Source: a virus (taxonomy: Duplodnaviria; Caudoviricetes). Taken from it: DNA of 24,258 nt. Both the position numbers and the translations under genes were made by a program. The stretch spans positions 1 through 24,258 of the IMG/VR virus record IMGVR_UViG_3300009155_000255, one strand, 5' to 3'. The notes beneath the pieces were generated by a model. It did not search any database and had not been told where the DNA came from. It saw only the letters and a list, made by a program, of their open reading frames with translations. Of the stretch, positions 1-6,361 are shown piece by piece. How positions within the stretch are numbered: the first letter of the stretch is position 1; every line of letters begins with the position of its first letter.

Positions 1-34
1 CAGGAAATTCAGATATCTGCATTTCTTCACTCAT
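1..34 (-). CDS. 5' end of a gene running off the left edge (MSEEMQISEFP...)
   Basis: ATG at 34-32 overlaps the TGA of the metallophosphoesterase (ATGA overlap); frame is open to the window edge. Confidence 0.5.
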   Translation of the reverse strand, partial: MSEEMQISEFP

Positions 35-1014
35 AGGACTTTACCTTTATAGATTCTGTAATTACGGACATGAAAGTCTTTTAAGTTGTCTGATAAGTCA
101 ACTATTGCGAAGCCATGTGACCATTTATTTAAAGGCATATAAGCCGGATTTAACTCACACAAGCATCCTAATGACCACGTAGTCACTATCTCACCATTCA
201 TATCTGTCTCAGTGTGTTCTGAAGTCTGATGATTATGGCCTTGCATGGCAGAAACTTTACCCTTCATGTAAAGACCTCTTGCAATGTTTACTGGACTGAA
301 GACTGAAGGATATTCGTGACCGTGAATAATGTTGAGCTTATTAGCCTTTATTATGCGCTTTTCACCGATCACTTCCATTCCCCTATCATTTGCTTTTAGC
401 AAATTCTCAAATTTAAAATCCGGAATGCCTAAAAGTTCAGGGGCTTTGTGCATAAGGTAGTGTTCGTACCGCTCATCATGATTCCCTAACTTATAGTAAA
501 TCTTTGCTCCGAATTGCGACAATACGTCTAATAACTCATTACAGGCCTGTAGTTCGTGTGCAACCGATCTTTTACGTGGATCTTTCATAAACCGAGAAAG
601 GCCGTAGAAATCGATTGTATCGCCGTTTAAAAGGATTGCATCTGGCTTCTCTTTGCTAATCATATCAAAAGCCGCTGTAAGTGCCTCTATTGAATGGTAA
701 GGTACATGGATGTCAGACAGCACAGCCAACCGCTTAGCTTTTATTACAAATGGCAGATATTTGCTTTCCTCTGATTCAGGTAGCTTGTAAGGATTCATAG
801 GTCTGTGTTCCTCTTTGTAGAACTCGCTCGATTTTACAGATTTGTATCTCCTTGTTGATCCCATTTTACCCTCAATATATCTAAGTGACTTCCTTGCATC
901 TTCATAATCTTGAAATGCAGATTTGTTCTCTTCGTACATGATCCTGGCAAGCTGTCTTGTCGGCATTTCCATACCATGTTTCTTCCTGTATTCCCTTGCG
1001 ATTTGTGCTTTCAT
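31..1014 (-). CDS. Calcineurin-like metallophosphoesterase with N-terminal extension
   Basis: Ordered motifs LSDIH, GDTID, GNHD, HGH, GHNH; about 95-aa basic, helical N-terminal region. Confidence 0.88.
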   Translation of the reverse strand: MKAQIAREYRKKHGMEMPTRQLARIMYEENKSAFQDYEDARKSLRYIEGKMGSTRRYKSVKSSEFYKEEHRPMNPYKLPESEESKYLPFVIKAKRLAVLSDIHVPYHSIEALTAAFDMISKEKPDAILLNGDTIDFYGLSRFMKDPRKRSVAHELQACNELLDVLSQFGAKIYYKLGNHDERYEHYLMHKAPELLGIPDFKFENLLKANDRGMEVIGEKRIIKANKLNIIHGHEYPSVFSPVNIARGLYMKGKVSAMQGHNHQTSEHTETDMNGEIVTTWSLGCLCELNPAYMPLNKWSHGFAIVDLSDNLKDFHVRNYRIYKGKVL

Positions 1015-1241
1015 TCGATGATGTTGTCAATGTTTATGTTATGGTTTTCGAGTTGTTTGTGTATGTATTCCCATATCTGCTCTATAGTAGGTTCTTCGCC
1101 ATAAATAGACTCGCACTTCTTTCTGCCATTATAGATAACCTCAAAAATGAAAGAAGCCATGTCTAATGAGTACATGGCACGCTGAAATGACATACGATCA
1201 TCTCTATCTGATATATCGTATTTTATGTTGACTATTGGCAT
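1011..1241 (-). CDS. Hypothetical protein, 76 aa
   Basis: Translationally coupled to both neighbours (TAATG at 1241, ATGA at 1011-1014). Confidence 0.7.
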   Translation of the reverse strand: MPIVNIKYDISDRDDRMSFQRAMYSLDMASFIFEVIYNGRKKCESIYGEEPTIEQIWEYIHKQLENHNINIDNIIE

Positions 1242-1792
1242 TATCTTTTAATATGCTTAGTTATGATTTTAAGAATAGGCTTTCTGAAAATAAATACTAC
1301 TAACATGACTATCCACCAAAAATTGATATTCCTTTGCTTTTTGTACTTCTCTGCTATCGCTTTTTCCTTCAGGTATTCATCTGTAATCTTTGAGTAATTG
1401 TCATTCAGATCATTGATTTGAGCAGTCAAGGAATCCTTTACAACCTGAATTTTGGCAGTATTCTCAACAGTCCTCGTGATGTACTTATATTTAATGACCG
1501 GCACTTTGTTCTCCTGAAATACTGTAATTATCTCACGCTTTACTGAATCCGATACCTGATGACCTAACAAAGAATCGAGCATTAAATAAAGATGCACAAA
1601 CTCTAATTCATATGCCTGCAAAGTAGCTGAATCGACCACTATAATCGTATCAATAGTTTCTTTAATAGGAAACTTTTCAGCACACTTTTGAGCCACTAAA
1701 ACAGGCTTTTTATCAAAAAATTTATCCAACTTTTTAGGAAATAAGCATGACTGAAATAATACCGCAAATATAAAAATATAGTTAATCTTCAT
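1241..1792 (-). CDS. Unimolecular spanin (u-spanin)-like lipoprotein, 183 aa
   Basis: Start reassigned to ATG 1792, giving MKINYIFIFAVLFQS-C (lipoprotein signal). Coiled-coil region, C-terminal TM helix (FWWIVMLVVFIF) and basic tail; lies next to holin-like genes. Confidence 0.75.
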   Translation of the reverse strand: MKINYIFIFAVLFQSCLFPKKLDKFFDKKPVLVAQKCAEKFPIKETIDTIIVVDSATLQAYELEFVHLYLMLDSLLGHQVSDSVKREIITVFQENKVPVIKYKYITRTVENTAKIQVVKDSLTAQINDLNDNYSKITDEYLKEKAIAEKYKKQRNINFWWIVMLVVFIFRKPILKIITKHIKR

Positions 1793-2018
1793 TTTTATGG
1801 TTTTTATCCTGTTTTGTACTTCCAAAATAAAAGCCTACCACACCAGCAAGCGCACCACCATATATAAACCCTGCAACGATGTTAACTATATCGTGATTCT
1901 GTTCAGGAATAGGGCTCACTTGCAAAAGGTACACTAAGCCAAAACAACCTAAAACAATGATAATAGCAAGGCTGTTTCTAATATCTGTCTTCGTTAATCG
2001 TTTTAACCATTCTGGCAT
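1782..2018 (-). CDS. Holin-like membrane protein, 2 TM helices
   Basis: Two hydrophobic segments, GFYFGS motif, charged C-terminus; upstream of the spanin. Confidence 0.65.
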   Translation of the reverse strand: MPEWLKRLTKTDIRNSLAIIIVLGCFGLVYLLQVSPIPEQNHDIVNIVAGFIYGGALAGVVGFYFGSTKQDKNHKNED

Positions 2019-2019
2019 A

Positions 2020-2184
2020 TTACTTCTTTTTAATTGATTTAATTACTTTAATGGCGGCTGGCAAATTGCGCAAAATCCAAACCGAATAACCAGTAATAGT
2101 AAAAATAAAAACTATATCATTTTTTGTTATAAATGCCATAATGCTCAGCAATGACATCATTAACGGTTCAATCTTTGCGCTCAT
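2020..2184 (-). CDS. Small holin-like membrane protein, 54 aa (missing from the ORF track)
   Basis: Hand translation: MSAKIEPLMMSLLSIMAFITKNDIVFIFTITGYSVWILRNLPAAIKVIKSIKKK*. Fills the gap between neighbours; hydrophobic with a Lys-rich tail. Confidence 0.65.
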   Translation of the reverse strand: MSAKIEPLMMSLLSIMAFITKNDIVFIFTITGYSVWILRNLPAAIKVIKSIKKK

Positions 2185-2524
2185 ATTCTATTGCTTTTTC
2201 TACGTGATCTTTTTCTATTGTATTTAATAACCATGCTAATGCTTTGCCTGTATAAGTCAAATTGTTAAACCGTTTATTAACGCCCAAAACGTGAGAGATT
2301 GTCACGTCTTCATTACCAAACTTGTAACCGTTCTTTTTAATCATTGTGTAATTAAACAGATCTGCGCAAATGACATTGCCTAATTGATCAATTGACTTTG
2401 CAATGGTGAAAAGGTAGCTGTTAAGTGATCGGGATGATGTAACTATTAACTGAAATGCGAAGCCTACAGGCAATAAAATTATTGACAGACACAAAGCAAT
2501 TAATAGTAATATAAATCCTCTCAT
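2168..2524 (-). CDS. Membrane-anchored phage protein of unknown function
   Basis: Long N-terminal hydrophobic segment, then SIDQLGN...FGNEDVTIS, a motif I recall from phage lysis regions; ATGA overlap upstream. Confidence 0.7.
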   Translation of the reverse strand: MRGFILLLIALCLSIILLPVGFAFQLIVTSSRSLNSYLFTIAKSIDQLGNVICADLFNYTMIKKNGYKFGNEDVTISHVLGVNKRFNNLTYTGKALAWLLNTIEKDHVEKAIEYERKD

Positions 2525-2940
2525 ATCAATTCTATATCAGGAAACCATCCTGCATCTTTCATTTGTTGGTAAGTAAATACAGTAGTATCCTGTGGTATTA
2601 TATACTGAAACGGAAAACTTTGTTGTGATTCAATAAACGCTGTAAGTCCGTCTTTTTCCGCTTGAGATAACTCAGGAAACAAAGCGATAAGATTAGTAAG
2701 ATTATTTTCGGGATGTACAATTATGTTATAATCTAATTGCACACGCAAAGCCGTATCTACTAACTCCGCATAAGCGGGGTCTTGTGTAGGGTGCTTCACC
2801 CATCCAAACATATAAGCCGTAACATCATTCGGGTTACGGATTGCTGGCGGCCTGCTAATTGCCCATAATTCGTAACTTATAGCCTCAGCCCTTTGGGCGC
2901 TTGTTAATCCTCCCTGCGGAAGCACTTTAATAAATGACAT
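2521..2940 (-). CDS. Hypothetical protein, possible fibre-associated or assembly factor
   Basis: 139-aa ORF overlapping both neighbours, directly after the lectin-like gene; no signal peptide. Confidence 0.65.
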   Translation of the reverse strand: MSFIKVLPQGGLTSAQRAEAISYELWAISRPPAIRNPNDVTAYMFGWVKHPTQDPAYAELVDTALRVQLDYNIIVHPENNLTNLIALFPELSQAEKDGLTAFIESQQSFPFQYIIPQDTTVFTYQQMKDAGWFPDIELI

Positions 2941-3796
2941 AATAAGAATTTATGTTTGTTTGTATTCCATTTCGGTTTGATGATTGATCTGAATTCCATG
3001 CGACAACCTCCTGAACTTCGCCCTGAAAATCAATTGCGGACGCATTTTGTCTGCCGCCTAATCTATCTACTGTTATAGACGAAGCAAAAGCACCGGTATT
3101 TGTTTCCGAACTGCCATCCTTAGCTACAAATAAACTACTGCTTCTTTGTGAAAACCACCCTAAATGCTGATTTAAATCTTCGCCTGTAATGCTTCTTACA
3201 TTTGTTCCGTCAAATCCTCCTAACCCATTAACCCCTGCAAAGCTACCGTTCCAAAAAAATCCATTATTTGCATTTGCATAACTATAATTAATTGTTTGCT
3301 GAACATTTACTTTTGCTACCATTACGTGATGTGTTATGGTATATGTTGAAGCAGAAGTTAAAACATTCACACTTTGAAAATTTACACAAGGTTTACCGTT
3401 AGTTCTTTTTACTGTACCATTAAATACTATTTCTGGCTGTGTTGCCGCCGTTGCGTTTGATTTATTTCTACCATTTCCTGATTGATCATACCAAATTGTC
3501 ACTCTCCCATTATTAACACCAACAAAAGTTTTTAACGAAGCAGTATCTAAATCACCGCTTGAAGTAAAACCAATATCCTGTTCGCTATTATCGTTTGACC
3601 TCCTTACTCTTATTGCGCTTCCTGTGTATGCAGTTCTAAGTTTACGCAAAGAATAAGCGGCCACCGCTCCTGTGTAAGTATCTAACAATAAATTAGTAGC
3701 AACGGGAAAAGGCCGGTAATTAGGATGCGCCTTTATAATCATTTGAGCATCCGCACGTAAACTGAAAAAAAGTAATATTACAAAAGTAAATCTCAT
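2927..3796 (-). CDS. Signal-peptide-bearing concanavalin A/LamG-like lectin protein (arabinofuranosidase-B-catalytic-domain-like N-terminus); candidate receptor-binding protein
   Basis: AAYSLRKLRTAYTGSAIRVRRSNDN..DIGF and VTIWYDQSGNGR motifs; LamG-like ending FQGEVQEVVAWN; signal peptide MRFTFVILLFFSLRADA|Q. Confidence 0.75.
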   Translation of the reverse strand: MRFTFVILLFFSLRADAQMIIKAHPNYRPFPVATNLLLDTYTGAVAAYSLRKLRTAYTGSAIRVRRSNDNSEQDIGFTSSGDLDTASLKTFVGVNNGRVTIWYDQSGNGRNKSNATAATQPEIVFNGTVKRTNGKPCVNFQSVNVLTSASTYTITHHVMVAKVNVQQTINYSYANANNGFFWNGSFAGVNGLGGFDGTNVRSITGEDLNQHLGWFSQRSSSLFVAKDGSSETNTGAFASSITVDRLGGRQNASAIDFQGEVQEVVAWNSDQSSNRNGIQTNINSYYVIY

Positions 3797-5160
3797 ATTC
3801 TTTTTTTATAACCTAATAATGTCAAAGTAAAATAAGTTGGCTTTGTTGCCACCGCTGATGTGCGAACAAATACCCATACATTCGGCGGAATTTTATTATT
3901 AGTAAACGATGTTACGTTTGTAGCACCTATGGTTCCTGTCACACTTGTACCGCCACTCACCAAAATAGTAGCACCGGCTGTAATATTTAAACTATCGTTC
4001 CAATAAACCTCTGTTGTAATGCTTGGCGAAGTACCTAACACACCAGCCCTCATTTGCGTTATTATCAAAGTATCGCTCCCTGCATTGTAAAAGCTACCAT
4101 ACACAGCCGATGTGCTAAATGCAAGTGTATCCCCTGCCGCACCGCTACCCGCACCAAAAACAGCGATAGGAACAGTATCGAGCTGAAGCTGATAAGTAGC
4201 ATTTGCGACATTAGACCTCAAATAAGGACTAAGCATAGTCGCTGTATCACTGATATTCACCTTTGCATTATTCTGAGAAATAGTAGCATAAGTAGCAGTT
4301 GCTATATTTGATCGCAAATAAGGACTTAACATAGCAGATGTATCAATTACATTTAATGGAGTATAACCCAACGCAGTCGCTACACTTTTATTTTCCCAAA
4401 CTTGAGAAGATGCCGTATAAGCTAATATTTGATTATTTGTTTCAGATGTTATCTTGACATTATGTAACTCATCTAATTCTACCCCGTTTTGTGGCTTTAC
4501 ATATATTAATCCATTACCTGCGTTTGCTCTTTCTACAACACCTACAAATACACTATGGTAAGGGGCTTGTGGCTTATTTTTAGTAAAGCCTCCAGCAACA
4601 CTATCTAACCATAGAATATCCCCCGCTGTATATGCGCTTAAATTTATACCGCTAACCTGACCCTGCGTTGTAATCCATCCCTTTTGACCCGCCGCAATAT
4701 TTGCCCTTACTATACCCAATGTTTTAGAACTAAAAGTATCAGATGTATTTTTTGCTAATTTTACCGATGCCCTGTCACCCTGCGCGCCAAAAATATAAAC
4801 CACCTGACCTTTTGTAATCGTAAATGCCTCTGCATTTGTTACATAAGCCGTTACTACTGTTGCCGTATCGCTACCGCCACCAATTGCACCCACTACATAA
4901 ACACTTGCGCCTTTGCTATATTTTAAGGTATCAGATTGAATATAAATACTGTCCAATGCCCCATCTACCGCAATGCTATCTAATAACTGTAATGTCCCAT
5001 AAACAGTATTCTGCATCCTATAATTAGTAAATGATTCAACCGCACTATTTTTTACGTATCTTAAAACGTAATTTTTAGCAGAATCTACAGACGGGAATCT
5101 ATTTTGTGCAAATGATGTGAAAGCTAATAAAACAAAGATAATTATTAAAAAATGCTTCAT
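3793..5160 (-). CDS. Signal-peptide-bearing tail-fibre/adhesin-like protein rich in D-(S/T)-x sequons
   Basis: Signal peptide MKHFLIIIFVLLAFTSFA|Q; central beta-rich module (ITKGQVVYI...TLGIV...) followed by LDELHNVKI...QILAY...WENK and TALGYTP fibre-like motifs; tandem repeat; Gly/Thr/Ser/Ala-rich. Confidence 0.72.
   Translation of the reverse strand: MKHFLIIIFVLLAFTSFAQNRFPSVDSAKNYVLRYVKNSAVESFTNYRMQNTVYGTLQLLDSIAVDGALDSIYIQSDTLKYSKGASVYVVGAIGGGSDTATVVTAYVTNAEAFTITKGQVVYIFGAQGDRASVKLAKNTSDTFSSKTLGIVRANIAAGQKGWITTQGQVSGINLSAYTAGDILWLDSVAGGFTKNKPQAPYHSVFVGVVERANAGNGLIYVKPQNGVELDELHNVKITSETNNQILAYTASSQVWENKSVATALGYTPLNVIDTSAMLSPYLRSNIATATYATISQNNAKVNISDTATMLSPYLRSNVANATYQLQLDTVPIAVFGAGSGAAGDTLAFSTSAVYGSFYNAGSDTLIITQMRAGVLGTSPSITTEVYWNDSLNITAGATILVSGGTSVTGTIGATNVTSFTNNKIPPNVWVFVRTSAVATKPTYFTLTLLGYKKRI
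4192..4350 (-). repeat. Two-copy 96-bp (32-aa) period repeat encoding DT(S/A)xMLSPYLRSNxAxATY
   Basis: AAATAAGGACT occurs at 4220-4230 and 4316-4326; peptides IDTSAMLSPYLRSNIATATY and SDTATMLSPYLRSNVANATY. Confidence 0.85.
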
Positions 5161-5209
5161 ATTTCAAAATTAATGCCCAAAATAGGGCTTATTTTTTTAA
5201 ATGTCAACT
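5161..5209 (-). promoter_or_regulatory. Putative late promoter for the fibre/lysis operon
   Basis: AGTTGACA (5209-5202), 29 bp, TAATTTTG (5172-5165), 4 bp, ATG. TAnnTTTG is the Bacteroidota -7 element. Confidence 0.65.
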
Positions 5210-5845
5210 CTAAGGAATATAATATATTTTAACAGTTTTCCCAGATGCAAATGCTGAATCGAAAGTAATAACCCCTAATCCATACCCATTGTTTGGTATA
5301 AATTCATAAGTATCTGGGGCGTAATATTCACCGTCAACAAATACCATTAAAATAGTAGCGTTTAAAAGGCTTGCAGATGAATATGTTATGGAAAAATTAG
5401 TAGTGCTATACTCTAAATATGTCGGCTCATTTTCTGTATTTTTTAGGTCGTTTGTGCTATACAACGGCCCATCTGCATTTATCGTAATATCATATTTAGC
5501 CAACTCCCCCGATGTGCCGGTATTAGTTGCACTTGAAACGATGCCAATACCGAAATAAAAATCAGATCCGTAAACTGCTTTAACCGCTACCTTTTTACCT
5601 TTTATCAGATTATCGTTAAAATGCAATGGATTGACCTTTGTAGCTTCGTCAACTGTAATAACCCCGCTTGCCTGTATTTTCCAGTCATAACTGCCATATT
5701 CCCTATTTGTAGCCCTGCCGCTTCCCTTTGTTGTAGTTATTATCTCATTAGACGTCAGATTAAGGGTAAATGTTTCCTCACATCCTATTGGATATAAATT
5801 TTCATAAGCGTATAAAACAAGTTCGTTTCCGTTAAGATTTGCCAT
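5210..5845 (-). CDS. Second tail-tube-like protein with extra C-terminal beta domain
   Basis: N-terminus LNGNELVL...IGCEETFTLNLTSNEIITTTKGSG...GSYDWKIQASG...YFGIGIVSS...GELAKYDITINADGPL fits the siphophage tail tube pattern; about 70-aa C-terminal extension. Confidence 0.6.
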   Translation of the reverse strand: MANLNGNELVLYAYENLYPIGCEETFTLNLTSNEIITTTKGSGRATNREYGSYDWKIQASGVITVDEATKVNPLHFNDNLIKGKKVAVKAVYGSDFYFGIGIVSSATNTGTSGELAKYDITINADGPLYSTNDLKNTENEPTYLEYSTTNFSITYSSASLLNATILMVFVDGEYYAPDTYEFIPNNGYGLGVITFDSAFASGKTVKIYYIP

Positions 5846-5847
5846 AA

Positions 5848-6189
5848 TTATGGATATTCAAATGATTGATCAAATTCACTACCGAATAATTGAAAAGAAA
5901 TATATTGAGAAGATGCGTAAATGCTAACAATATCCCCCTGAGCCATTGTAACCCCTTTCAACCTTTGAGCCGAACAGTTACCATAAACTGTCATGTTATA
6001 TTCTAAATAATCAGCAGTTGCAGGCGTTTCAGTACGATAAATTGCTATTCTAATGGTAGCGTCTAATGTATCTCTATTGCAAATATTTAAAAAAGATACT
6101 ACCGTCCCTTTATCTGTAGGTACTGTGTACAAAGTGGTTAATATGGTTGCACTTGGCGAAACCTTACCTAAAACTTTAATCACCTCCAT
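5848..6189 (-). CDS. Small beta-rich putative structural protein
   Basis: TTLYTVP...VVSFLNICN...TIRIAI...GDIVSI pattern resembles small phage tail-region proteins; position in the tail module. Confidence 0.6.
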   Translation of the reverse strand: MEVIKVLGKVSPSATILTTLYTVPTDKGTVVSFLNICNRDTLDATIRIAIYRTETPATADYLEYNMTVYGNCSAQRLKGVTMAQGDIVSIYASSQYISFQLFGSEFDQSFEYP

Positions 6190-6361
6190 AGAAAAATATT
6201 TTTGCCCATTTATTGGATTTGTCTGTAGTTATTTCAACAAGTAAGTTGCTACCATCACCTATGTAATATTTTCCGTCCACAAGATCACGAACTATAAACT
6301 GATCTTCTGTTTCGGTTAATTCCGTAATATCTACAGTCCTTATAATTTTAACTACTTGCAT
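6176..6361 (-). CDS. Hypothetical tail-region protein, 61 aa
   Basis: TAATG coupling with the upstream gene; GKYYIGDG motif reminiscent of fibre N-terminal attachment modules. Confidence 0.55.
   Translation of the reverse strand: MQVVKIIRTVDITELTETEDQFIVRDLVDGKYYIGDGSNLLVEITTDKSNKWAKIFFYGGD

Noticed and set aside
2927-3796. Calling the 289-aa protein an active alpha-L-arabinofuranosidase
   Set aside because: Only the N-terminal motifs resemble that domain and I cannot identify catalytic residues; a lectin-like role is the safer call.
5175-5188. GCCC-N6-GGGC hairpin as a terminator
   Set aside because: The stem is only 4-5 bp with no adjacent U-tract on the minus strand, and it lies within the promoter spacer.
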